64,000 bases of DNA, from contig JAGVNU010000076.1 in assembly GCA_020053105.1 (NCBI GenBank), positions 8,005 to 72,004 on the forward strand. Reading direction: 5' to 3'. How positions within the stretch are numbered: the stretch's first letter is position 1; the number at the start of each line of letters is the position of its first letter. The translations under genes were made by a program, and so were the position numbers. This stretch comes from Thermodesulfovibrionia bacterium. Its GTDB lineage: Bacteria > Nitrospirota > Thermodesulfovibrionia > UBA6902. Shown here one piece after another: positions 9,664 through 18,662 of the stretch. The notes beneath the pieces were generated by a model, which saw only the letters and a list, made by a program, of their open reading frames with translations, was not told where the DNA came from and searched no databases.

Positions 9664-9797
9664 TTCCCGTTTGAAAAAATTTTGCAATTATTGAATAAGT
9701 TCTTATTGCAAATATTAATACGGAAATCCCGGCATATTTCTTGAGTTTATCTTTCAGTTAAGTATAAATTATCTAGAGTCGCCTCATTTTTGTCAAG

Positions 9798-9836
9798 TTA
9801 ACTTCTGTTATAATGAAACGTTAGAACAGAAGTTAA
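9798..9836. repeat. Perfect 12-bp inverted repeat in the hemH upstream region
   Basis: TTAACTTCTGTT-N15-AACAGAAGTTAA. The loop contains a TATAAT hexamer. It lies 20 nt upstream of the hemH start. Confidence 0.8.
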
Positions 9837-9855
9837 TAAAATATTCCAAAACAAT

Positions 9856-10872
9856 TTGAGAGCAAGTTTGATAAGCAGAGATAACGAAACAGTAGGTGTT
9901 GTTTTACTGAATCTCGGCGGTCCTGATTCCCTTCAGGCTGTCAGACCTTTTCTCTACAATCTTTTTTCTGACAGAGACATTATCAGACTCGGCCCTTCCC
10001 TTGTGCAAAAGCCTGTCGCATGGCTGATTTCAATGCTTCGCTCAAAAAAGGCCGAAGTGATGTACGGTCATATCGGGGGGAAATCTCCTATTCTGGATAT
10101 TACAACCGCCCAGGCTGAAGCATTGGAGCAATCGTTAAATAAAGGTCCAGAGATAAATTTCAAAGTCTACATCGGCATGCGATACTGGTGTCCCTTTATA
10201 AAAGATACCATTCAAAGAATCGCCGATGACGGTATCAGACAACTTATAGTTTTGAGTCTCTACCCCCACTATTCAAAGGCAACAACGGGGTCGTCTGTTG
10301 CCGATTTTAAAAAGGCCATTACAGGAGAAGACTTTCAGATTCAATACATCGAACAATGGCCTGATTTTCCTCCATATATTGACGCTCTGGCTGAATTAGT
10401 TGCTGACAGTATATCCGAATTAAAGGGAAATGAATTCAACCTGCTGTACAGCGCACATAGCCTGCCGCAATCATTTATCGATGAAGGAGACCCATATCTC
10501 GACCAGGTTAAAACAACTATTGAAAAACTGAATATGCGTCTTTCCAGAGGACCTTATAACATAACCGGATTAAAAAGCCTGCTCTCATTCCAGAGTAAAA
10601 CCGGCCCGGTGAAATGGCTTGAGCCATCTACTGAAGAAACCATAATAAATCTTTCAAAAGCCGGCTGTAAAAATCTGCTGGTCGTGCCGATCAGCTTTGT
10701 CTCGGACCATATAGAAACGCTTTATGAAATCGATATCCTCTATAAAGAACTCGCTGCAAAACACGGGATAAATCTTTTAAGATGCAAGGCGCTTAACACT
10801 TCAGGTAAATTTATACAGGCAATGAAAGAATTGGTCCTTGCGTCGGCAGGTCATATCAACAGACAAAGCTAA
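9856..10872 (+). CDS. hemH: Ferrochelatase
   Basis: 338-aa ORF with GVVLLNLGGP, LYPHYS and PISFVSDHIETL ferrochelatase motifs. The TTG start is as given in the ORF track. Confidence 0.9.
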   Translation: MRASLISRDNETVGVVLLNLGGPDSLQAVRPFLYNLFSDRDIIRLGPSLVQKPVAWLISMLRSKKAEVMYGHIGGKSPILDITTAQAEALEQSLNKGPEINFKVYIGMRYWCPFIKDTIQRIADDGIRQLIVLSLYPHYSKATTGSSVADFKKAITGEDFQIQYIEQWPDFPPYIDALAELVADSISELKGNEFNLLYSAHSLPQSFIDEGDPYLDQVKTTIEKLNMRLSRGPYNITGLKSLLSFQSKTGPVKWLEPSTEETIINLSKAGCKNLLVVPISFVSDHIETLYEIDILYKELAAKHGINLLRCKALNTSGKFIQAMKELVLASAGHINRQS

Positions 10873-11519
10873 GCTTTTGTATCAACAAATACGCCGGAAG
10901 TCCCCAGTATGTCCTTGAGATCGGATTCTGAAGTTTGGAGAACCTTCAACATTTTTTCAAGCAGTCCATCGTTATCTCTGTTTTTGTTGCCGTAGAATAA
11001 TTCGTCTACGGCCCCCCCATCAGTTGTTAATCTTCGTATCAGTTCGTTCTGGTCAAGAGCTGTAAAGTCTATTATCCGTCTTGCCGATACGCCAAAGTCA
11101 AAAGTAATGCCATAATCAGTTTGAAGTGTGCTGTTTGTGGAATCAAAGCCCTCTGAGACCGCTGATTCCAGATCACTGCGGATCTCTGATATAAAGTCCT
11201 CAAGATCGCTGTTGGACGATGATATGACCTTTTTCTCATCAAACAGATTGTTTAGCGCATCGGCGGCATCTTTAAATAAATCGGCAATTTTGCCGGCTTT
11301 TGTTTTAGACATTACGAGATTATCATCTTCGTCAGTACGCAGACTGAAAGAATCCTCAATGGACTCTAGCGCCTTCTGTAATTTCACTACTTCCCGGTAA
11401 ATATAGTTGAGCTGGCCTTCAGTCTTAGATGCCTCTGAAGAAGTCATGGTCCGTGAAGAGGACCCGAAATGAACATTGGAGGTCGCAGCGCTGGAAGAGC
11501 TTGTACTTTCTATCTGCAA
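10869..11519 (-). CDS. Hypothetical acidic Ser/Thr-rich protein, possibly flagellum-associated
   Basis: 216-aa ORF with a TTG start and GGAGA 8 nt upstream. I recognise no family. The C-terminal pattern (GITFDFG...LDQNELIRRL...VDELFYG) loosely recalls FliD C-terminal regions. A sigma-28-like -10 lies upstream. Confidence 0.55.
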   Translation of the reverse strand: MQIESTSSSSAATSNVHFGSSSRTMTSSEASKTEGQLNYIYREVVKLQKALESIEDSFSLRTDEDDNLVMSKTKAGKIADLFKDAADALNNLFDEKKVISSSNSDLEDFISEIRSDLESAVSEGFDSTNSTLQTDYGITFDFGVSARRIIDFTALDQNELIRRLTTDGGAVDELFYGNKNRDNDGLLEKMLKVLQTSESDLKDILGTSGVFVDTKA

Positions 11520-11651
11520 TTCATATTCTCCTATTTATAAAATAAAAAAAGTCTTCAGTATCTTATCGGTTAAATATATTCATTTCTTCAGTGATTGAAC
11601 ATTTTCATGGCATATGTTACTTTTTATGATGCAAAAGCTACGGGTGACTGG

Positions 11652-13043
11652 ATGAAAAGGATCGCAATTGTAGGCGGAGGGATATCAGGATTAACGTCCG
11701 CCTATTTACTTTTAGACAGAAAACCTGAATTGGAAGTCATGGTCTTCGAGTCTGATGACAGGCCGGGCGGCAAGATATGGACAGATCGAACAAACGGGTT
11801 TCTCTGTGAAAAAGGGCCAAACGGTTTCCTTGACAACAAGCCGAAAACTCTGCAGTTGTGCAGCAGACTGGGCCTTACTCCTGTTCGAAGCAACGAGAAT
11901 TCCAAAAAAAGGTTTATATTCTCCGAAGGCAGATTAAAAGCCCTCCCTGAATCGCCGCTGTCTTTTCTTAAATCCGATCTTCTCTCATGGGGCGGCAAAT
12001 TCAGGCTTCTGTTCGAATTAAACGCACAAAAAGGACCCGATGACGAATCCGTGGCCGACTTCATAATTCGCCGCCTCGGACACGAAGCGCTCGAGAAACT
12101 TATTGATCCCATGGTCTCCGGGATCTACGCAGGCGATCCTTACAAGATGAGCATCAAAAACTGCTTCCCCCGCATAAAAGAACTGGAACAGCAATACGGG
12201 AGTCTGATTAAGGCCATGATCAAAATCCGCAAACAGAAAAAAGCGGAAGGTAAAACCTCCGGGGAAAAAGGCGAACCGTCAAAGGTGTCCGCAGCGCCGG
12301 GAGGTACGCTTACCTCATTTTACAACGGTGCGCAGACAGTTACCGATGCCCTCGCCGAGAGACTGGGGAAACACTTGCATGTCGGAGTTTCGGTATACGG
12401 GATCACCAGGGAAAAAGAATCATATCAGATTTTCACGTCAGACCATACATACAATGCAGACATAGTGATTATGGCGACACCGGCTTATGCAACAGCAGAG
12501 ATAGTTAAGGACTTTGACAGGGAACTTTCAAAAGCGCTTTCAGATATCCCCTATCCTCATGTATCTGTCGTCTGCTTCGGATACCGGAAAGAACATGTTA
12601 CACACCCATTGAATGGTTTCGGTTTTCTTATTCCTCATATGGAAGACCGAAATATCCTCGGCTCTCTCTGGGATTCGAGCATCTTCCCCAACAGGGCGTC
12701 TGAGGGGCATGTGCTTTTAAGGACCATGATAGGAGGGGCCAGGTCCCCGGAGATGGCATCTTTTGACAACAATAAGCTTATTAGCGCAGCCTTTGATGAA
12801 TTAAATCCCATCCTGGGTCTAAAAGGAGACCCTGAAATGGTAAGTATTTACAGGTGGGACAAGGCAATCCCCCAATACGTTCTCGGACACAGCGGGATAC
12901 TGGAAATCATAAATAAGAGGATAAGTAACTATCGCGATCTTTATCTGACAGGCAACTCATACAGAGGAATCGGGATAAACGATTGTATAGAAAATGCCTA
13001 CAAACTTACAGATCAAATCCTGGCAGGGATTCAGGGTCCCTGA
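11652..13043 (+). CDS. hemY: Protoporphyrinogen/coproporphyrinogen oxidase (HemY type, FAD-dependent)
   Basis: The N-terminal dinucleotide fold MKRIAIVGGGISGLTSAY is present, and length and C-terminal region are typical of HemY. I prefer the ATG at 11652 over the TTG at 11595. Confidence 0.88.
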   Translation: MKRIAIVGGGISGLTSAYLLLDRKPELEVMVFESDDRPGGKIWTDRTNGFLCEKGPNGFLDNKPKTLQLCSRLGLTPVRSNENSKKRFIFSEGRLKALPESPLSFLKSDLLSWGGKFRLLFELNAQKGPDDESVADFIIRRLGHEALEKLIDPMVSGIYAGDPYKMSIKNCFPRIKELEQQYGSLIKAMIKIRKQKKAEGKTSGEKGEPSKVSAAPGGTLTSFYNGAQTVTDALAERLGKHLHVGVSVYGITREKESYQIFTSDHTYNADIVIMATPAYATAEIVKDFDRELSKALSDIPYPHVSVVCFGYRKEHVTHPLNGFGFLIPHMEDRNILGSLWDSSIFPNRASEGHVLLRTMIGGARSPEMASFDNNKLISAAFDELNPILGLKGDPEMVSIYRWDKAIPQYVLGHSGILEIINKRISNYRDLYLTGNSYRGIGINDCIENAYKLTDQILAGIQGP

Positions 13044-13084
13044 CCGACATTTTCATTATGCGATAAAGCCTAATAAGCGCCAGA

Positions 13085-13975
13085 CTATTTATGCGGGTGC
13101 GCTAACCTGAAGCCCATACAAACGGCCCTCGCCCCGGCTTCATTCCAGTAACGGCTTGTGGTGCGGGCAGTATCAGGCTGAAGGTCCCAGGCGCCTCCGC
13201 GAAGGATTTTGTACTTACCCTTGTCCGGACCTTTCGGATTAGACTTGGGACTGTGTCCGTAATAGTCGTCTTCCTGCCAGTCTGTAACCCATTCATATGC
13301 ATTCCCCGACATGTCATATATCCCCAATTCATTCGGCCTGAAACTTCCTGCAGGAGCCGTATAAGCATAGCCATCGCGGTAGCCTTTCCAGATATTCAGA
13401 CCGGACAATGCTTCTTTGGCCGACTCATCCGCAACGTTGCCGGAAGGCGCTCCATTGCCCCAACTGTACTGATATTCCCTGCCTCTGCTCCTTGCGGCAT
13501 ATTCCCACTCCGCCTCTGTGAGAAGCCTGTAGTTGCTGCCTTCTTCTTTATTGAGCCACTGAATATAATTATACGCATCGTTCCAGCTGACACAGACAAC
13601 AGGGTCTCTCTCCGTCTGGGGAAATCCCGTATTGCTCCAGTTATGGTCTTTAATCTTCTCCTCTTTGCCGTCTCCAATCCAGCTGTGACAGCCGTCCTGA
13701 CTTTCAGCCTCTGTTCTGTATCCCGTGTCATCAACAAATCTTCTGAATTCCCCTACCGTGACCTCAAACATCCCAATAAAGAAATCATCCACACACACCT
13801 CATGGACCGGCTTCTCGCTTGACTGGATGTCCCTGAAGATGTCCCCCATCTGATAACAACCGCCTTTGACAGGGACCATGTCCTTGAGTTTCGAATGTAA
13901 CGTTTGCTCCGCTGCAGGAGTGGTTGTAACTGAAGAAGCAAGTATGATAAAAAAGATTATTGCGACAGTTTTCAT
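13085..13975 (-). CDS. Formylglycine-generating-enzyme (SUMF1/FGE) family protein, secreted
   Basis: 296-aa ORF with a signal peptide. Motifs YRLLTEAEWEYAARS, GNAYEWVTDW and RGGAW are present. Confidence 0.85.
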   Translation of the reverse strand: MKTVAIIFFIILASSVTTTPAAEQTLHSKLKDMVPVKGGCYQMGDIFRDIQSSEKPVHEVCVDDFFIGMFEVTVGEFRRFVDDTGYRTEAESQDGCHSWIGDGKEEKIKDHNWSNTGFPQTERDPVVCVSWNDAYNYIQWLNKEEGSNYRLLTEAEWEYAARSRGREYQYSWGNGAPSGNVADESAKEALSGLNIWKGYRDGYAYTAPAGSFRPNELGIYDMSGNAYEWVTDWQEDDYYGHSPKSNPKGPDKGKYKILRGGAWDLQPDTARTTSRYWNEAGARAVCMGFRLAHPHK

Positions 13976-14072
13976 ATACTGATTGTATCGCTTATGAATA
14001 CCTTTGTAAAAAATATTTTTGGCACGATAAGTTTTAATTGAAAACAGTCATTCATATACAAACGGCAGATGT

Positions 14073-14720
14073 TTATTGGGAGGTAGTCTGTTTACTTGCT
14101 GAAGCCTTTACGTCCGTATCTTTATCATCAATGAAACTCAAAAGATAATCCTTGAACTTACTCGGCAACAGCCATCTTATGCCCAGCTTTTCAGCCCAGG
14201 TTATTGCTCCGTGGTCCACTGTGACCAGTAGTGCGTCAAGCTCTTTTGCCAGAAGTATCAGGTCCACGTCTTCCTTACTGTCGATTATTCCTTCCCTCAG
14301 AGCTTCTCTGTAATTTTTCCTCATCGCCTGAATGACTTCCTGTTCATCCGCCTTCCCTGCATTTCTGACGGCCTTTTCGGCAATCCTGAGACCCTTATTG
14401 ATCCTGTCCCTTATGTCCTCAATCAATTCATACAGAAAAAAAGCCGGGCAGGTCAGTTCATGTTTGCTGGGTGACTTCTGGTTGAGGATAGCCAGAAAAC
14501 GTCCTGGGATCTTTCTCTCATCTACAAAATTCAGGAGCTCCCTGAAAATAGAGGAAGGCATGTAGAATTCAAGATCGGGAATCTGCTCGGCTATAGCCAG
14601 AAATCCTATTATTGCTTCAGTAGGCGAATCACCAAAGTCATTGCGTACCTCAGGATTTACAAACAGGCTTGTATCAAGAACTACTTTGTCTTTTACGGAT
14701 CTTACAGATTTCATTGACAT
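14073..14720 (-). CDS. PIN-domain protein of the 'RNA ligase partner' (MJ_0950-like) type
   Basis: VVLDTSLFVNPEVRNDFG...EFYMPSSIFRELLNF...LYELIEDIRDRINKGLRIAEKAV matches my recollection of that family. The start is uncertain (14720, 14714 or 14774). It overlaps the 3' end of the upstream gene. Confidence 0.65.
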   Translation of the reverse strand: MSMKSVRSVKDKVVLDTSLFVNPEVRNDFGDSPTEAIIGFLAIAEQIPDLEFYMPSSIFRELLNFVDERKIPGRFLAILNQKSPSKHELTCPAFFLYELIEDIRDRINKGLRIAEKAVRNAGKADEQEVIQAMRKNYREALREGIIDSKEDVDLILLAKELDALLVTVDHGAITWAEKLGIRWLLPSKFKDYLLSFIDDKDTDVKASASKQTTSQ

Positions 14721-16011
14721 CGAGAGTAAATGTGTTCCAGTTCCTGCATTCAGGACATCTGCCTGACCAGTCATTAGAAATGTAGTTGCATTCCGTGCAG
14801 CTATAAGGCACCAATAACGGCTTATCCACGCTTAAAGCCTTTTTAAACTCATCAACTGCCTTCTTATATTCAGAGCGCCTTTCATAAATATTGCCGAGAA
14901 GCTTGTGTAAATCAGGATAATCAAAAGCCGTAACGTCCAGAGAATCGATAGTATCCATCGCATATTCAATCATTTCCAGACGGTAATAAAGCTTCGCAAG
15001 GAAAAACTGGAGCCTCAGGTCCTTCTGGTCTTTCTGAATGGCCTTCTGATAAATATCGATGATAGTCCCCGGCTCTCCTTCATCTATAAAATAGTCTTCA
15101 AGCCTGACAAGGAGGACCAGCGATGATGTTGCTTCATGACCTTCCATCAGAACGTCCTGTGCTTCCTTACTGTCGCCTTCCTTCAAATGAGCATCAGCAA
15201 GTAAAATATATGCCGCTATGAAATCCCTGTCCGATTTGATGACGCTCTTGAGGATCTTTATAGCTTTATCAGTAGTGCCCGTCTCAAAGTAATAACGCCC
15301 CAGTTCATATTTATAGCCGAGAAGTTTCCCGTTCTCCTCTTTTTCCTTTTCTGCCGGCATCCTGCATTTCAGGATCTTGTGCTGAATATCAAGGAGTTCT
15401 TCCCATTCCATGTTTCTTTCATAAATATCCCTTTTCTTGCACAGTACCATGACATTATCACTATCAATGTCCAGGACATTATCAAGATACTCCAGCGCCT
15501 CAGGCCATTTATGCTGTGCCTCCGCGGTCCTTTCAAGTGAAAGCAAAACCTCTATGCTTTTGGGTTTTACTTCCACGGCCCTTAGAAAAAATTCTTCAGC
15601 TTTCACATAATCCCTGTTGTGAAAAGAAATGTCTCCCATTCTTAGCAGGGCATTCACGCTGGTATGGTCGTGTTCAAGCACTCCCTCAAACAGTTCTGCT
15701 GCATCTTCATATCTGAATGCAAAAAAGGCCTCCAGGCCCTTTAAAAATGAATCCATTACCTTTGCTTCTTTCTTCCGTTTGCGCTGGATCTGCCAGTTTT
15801 CTATATGGCGGCCTGCGTCCCTTAAAATGGCTATAAGAAACATTGAGATAATACCTGCGGCGGCAGATATGAAAATCACGGCAATTACCGGAATGCTTTC
15901 AAACGTTACCCCGTTCCAGACAGTTATGTCGACAGTTTCTTTATTGAAGAAAGAAAGGAGGCTCAGGACAGCAAGAAATATTACTAATAAAAAAACAGTA
16001 AATTTCGCCAT
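14674..16011 (-). CDS. lapB: LapB/YciM-like LPS assembly protein with a LapA-like two-TM N-terminus
   Basis: 445-aa ORF with two N-terminal TM helices followed by a basic stretch, then TPR repeats. The C-terminus carries a rubredoxin-type CTEC...CPEC motif. Confidence 0.8.
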   Translation of the reverse strand: MAKFTVFLLVIFLAVLSLLSFFNKETVDITVWNGVTFESIPVIAVIFISAAAGIISMFLIAILRDAGRHIENWQIQRKRKKEAKVMDSFLKGLEAFFAFRYEDAAELFEGVLEHDHTSVNALLRMGDISFHNRDYVKAEEFFLRAVEVKPKSIEVLLSLERTAEAQHKWPEALEYLDNVLDIDSDNVMVLCKKRDIYERNMEWEELLDIQHKILKCRMPAEKEKEENGKLLGYKYELGRYYFETGTTDKAIKILKSVIKSDRDFIAAYILLADAHLKEGDSKEAQDVLMEGHEATSSLVLLVRLEDYFIDEGEPGTIIDIYQKAIQKDQKDLRLQFFLAKLYYRLEMIEYAMDTIDSLDVTAFDYPDLHKLLGNIYERRSEYKKAVDEFKKALSVDKPLLVPYSCTECNYISNDWSGRCPECRNWNTFTLDVNEICKIRKRQSSS

Positions 16012-16085
16012 ATTGTCAATTTCCTATTCTTAAAAGATTATATTCACTGAACATGATATTCATAAGTCGACACTGTCCTATGCCT

Positions 16086-16430
16086 TTATTGCTCAAGAGG
16101 GACCCTCGGCGCATCTATCCAGAATTTTTCCAGATCATAAAAACCCCTCGTTTCCCTATCGAATATATGAATTACTATATCGCCATAATCTATCAGAACC
16201 CAGCGGGCAAAATCCATCCCTTCTTTACCAAGAGGAAAAATTTTTTTCTTTGAAAAGTAATCGTCAATTGCTTCCGCGATGGCCTTTATCTGGGCCGGAT
16301 TATCTCCCGAACAAACAACAAAATAATCTGCAATGGATGAGAGGTCTTTTAACTCGAGGATAACAGTGTCGCTGGCTTTTTTGTCACAAGCCAGCTCTGC
16401 AGCTTTTAGTGCCCTTTTCTTTAAATTAAT
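16086..16430 (-). CDS. rsfS: Ribosomal silencing factor RsfS (non-canonical start likely)
   Basis: Hand translation gives ...LKKRALKAAELACDKKASDTVILELKDLSSIADYFVVCSGDNPAQIKAIAEAI...WVLIDYGDIVIHIFDRETRGFYDLEKFW. It is missing from the ORF track because no in-frame ATG, GTG or TTG precedes the conserved N-terminus. ATT at 16430 is proposed as the start. Confidence 0.8.
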   Translation of the reverse strand: MNLKKRALKAAELACDKKASDTVILELKDLSSIADYFVVCSGDNPAQIKAIAEAIDDYFSKKKIFPLGKEGMDFARWVLIDYGDIVIHIFDRETRGFYDLEKFWIDAPRVPLEQ

Positions 16431-16477
16431 GTAAAAATCTCGCTTTCTTTTCCGGCTAATTTATTACGGAATAACGT

Positions 16478-17149
16478 TCAACACTGCTGATTGCTTTTAT
16501 ATAATTTATTTGAAATTATATAGGATTTCACGGAATCAGGCAAGAGATACTTAATTTTTTTCCCAGATGTAACCAGTGCCCTGATCAGCGAGGCCGATAT
16601 ATTGAGTCCCGTTACATTGCACAAGTAACCTTTCTGATTTTGGGAAAGACGGAACGAACTCTCATTTATTTTTCCTTTATCAAGCGCCTTTAATATTCGC
16701 GGTGATGCTCCCTCGATATAGGGGGAAGTTGCAAGGTCGCTGAATGCATAACCCGGTCTTGAAATGACAACAAGGCCGGCAAGGCGGACCAGCGTGTCAG
16801 GCTGTTTCCATCCCGGCAGATCAAGAAACGCATCTATGCCGAGAATGAAATAAAGATCGCCTTCCCTGTAATTATCTTTCAACTTTTTTATGGTATCGAC
16901 AGTATATGACCTGCCCCTTCTCCTGACTTCCAGGTCGGAAACTTCAAAGTGCCGATTGCCTTTAATAGCTCTCTTGACCATTTCATAGCGATGTTCAGCC
17001 TTTTCAAGTTCCGGTTTATCAAACGGGGTCTTGCCTGATGGCATAAACAGTATCTTGTCAAGAGAAAACATCTCAAATACTTCTTCAGCCGTTCTCAGGT
17101 GACCATAATGTATAGGATTGAAGGCCCCGCCGTAAATGCCTATTTTCAT
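16478..17149 (-). CDS. nadD: Nicotinate-nucleotide adenylyltransferase
   Basis: 223-aa ORF with GIYGGAFNPIHYGHL (the HxGH motif). It sits in the proA-nadD-rsfS order. Confidence 0.92.
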   Translation of the reverse strand: MKIGIYGGAFNPIHYGHLRTAEEVFEMFSLDKILFMPSGKTPFDKPELEKAEHRYEMVKRAIKGNRHFEVSDLEVRRRGRSYTVDTIKKLKDNYREGDLYFILGIDAFLDLPGWKQPDTLVRLAGLVVISRPGYAFSDLATSPYIEGASPRILKALDKGKINESSFRLSQNQKGYLCNVTGLNISASLIRALVTSGKKIKYLLPDSVKSYIISNKLYKSNQQC

Positions 17150-17171
17150 AGAGATAATTCCGTCTTTAATT

Positions 17172-18428
17172 TTATGTCCGCAACTGCCCGTTACCCATCA
17201 CGATAAATTTAGTACAGGTAAGTTCTTCAAGCCCCATGGGGCCTCTCGCGTGTATCTTGTCCGTTGATATGCCCATCTCGGCTCCGAGTCCAAACTGAAA
17301 TCCGTCGCTCAGTCTTGTTGACGCATTCACTAACACAGAGGAAGAGTCCACCTCTCTCAAGAACCTCATTGCCTTCTGATAGTCACTTGTCACTATGGAA
17401 TCTGTATGGGCTGAGCTGTATTGCGCAATATGGTCCATTGCATCATCGATGTCCCTGACTGTCTTTACGTTCAGAATGAAATCAACATATTCTCTGTAAA
17501 AGTCTTCATCCAATGCTTCATCAAGAGACTTATCAATCTTCCTTGTTTTAGGACACCCCTTGAGAAGTACTTTTGCTTTTCTGAACCTCTCTATCATGGG
17601 TGGAAGGAACTTTTTTGCAATTTTTTCATCCACCAGCATAGTCTCCATTGCATTGCATGTTCCGGGCCGCTGAACCTTTGCATTGAAGCATATCTCCTCA
17701 GCCATATGAAGGTCCGCGTGACGGTCCACAAACACATGGCATACACCTTTATAATGCTTAAGCACGGGGATGCGTGAATTTTCCGTGACAGCCCTGATCA
17801 GCCCTTCACCGCCCCTCGGGATAATGAGATCAATAATACCCTCGAGCTTTAACATTTCCATAATTGCCTGCCTGTCCGTATTATCAATAAAGGTTATTAC
17901 CCCTTCATGGATTCCTTCCTTTTTTGCAACGCTTCTCAGGATATTTACAATTGCCATATTGGAATGAAGGGCCTCAGACCCGCCCCTTAAGAGCACAGAG
18001 TTGCCTGCCTTCAGACAGAGTCCCGTAGCATCAGCCGTCACGTTCGGCCTCGATTCATATATAATTCCAATCACGCCGATAGGCACCCGCATTTTCCCTA
18101 CCATCATTCCATTCGGTCTCTTCCACATCTTAGTGATCTCTCCGACAGGGTCCGGCAACGCCGCTATTTCAACTAACCCCTGCGCCATTTCATCTATCCT
18201 TTTTTCAGTCAGGGTAAGCCTGTCGATCATGGCCGCAGGCAGGCCTTTTGCCTTTGCCGCGTCGATGTCCTTCTTATTGGCCCTTTGCAGCTCCCCCGTT
18301 TTTTTCTTTATGGCCCCGGCCATCTTTATTAATGCGTTGTTCTTCTGTTCAGATGAGGCCTTGGCGACCGCTCTCGCCCCATCCTTTGCTTCCCGGGCCT
18401 TCTTCAAAACAAATGACTTAATATCCAT
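17172..18428 (-). CDS. proA: Gamma-glutamyl phosphate reductase
   Basis: An aldehyde-dehydrogenase-type ProA sequence (IYESRPNVT, CNAMETMLV). I prefer the ATG at 18428, which has AGGAGG upstream. Confidence 0.92.
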   Translation of the reverse strand: MDIKSFVLKKAREAKDGARAVAKASSEQKNNALIKMAGAIKKKTGELQRANKKDIDAAKAKGLPAAMIDRLTLTEKRIDEMAQGLVEIAALPDPVGEITKMWKRPNGMMVGKMRVPIGVIGIIYESRPNVTADATGLCLKAGNSVLLRGGSEALHSNMAIVNILRSVAKKEGIHEGVITFIDNTDRQAIMEMLKLEGIIDLIIPRGGEGLIRAVTENSRIPVLKHYKGVCHVFVDRHADLHMAEEICFNAKVQRPGTCNAMETMLVDEKIAKKFLPPMIERFRKAKVLLKGCPKTRKIDKSLDEALDEDFYREYVDFILNVKTVRDIDDAMDHIAQYSSAHTDSIVTSDYQKAMRFLREVDSSSVLVNASTRLSDGFQFGLGAEMGISTDKIHARGPMGLEELTCTKFIVMGNGQLRT

Positions 18429-18662
18429 AAGATGCCTCCTGATAAGAAAAAACAACTATTCATTTTAGCATAATTAACGGGATACTGTATAAAGACAAAT
18501 ACATTAACTCATGGTCCGCTGGCAGGCAACGCCTATCTCATTTTATCTCTAAGGGGCAAGCCTGCCGGACACAGGCAAAATAAAGGTTTCATAAATAGAA
18601 ACTTCAGAAGGTTGGGACCGCGATATGAATCTGTGATACATATTTCTAGAGCGAATCGCTGT

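Noticed and set aside
14021-14040. TGGCACgataaGTTTTA as a sigma-54 promoter.
   Set aside because: The -12 element lacks GC. It points on the plus strand into the antisense of the PIN gene, with no downstream gene.
16053-16253. The 66-aa plus-strand ORF.
   Set aside because: The opposite strand carries the conserved RsfS core (WVLIDYGDIVIHIF).
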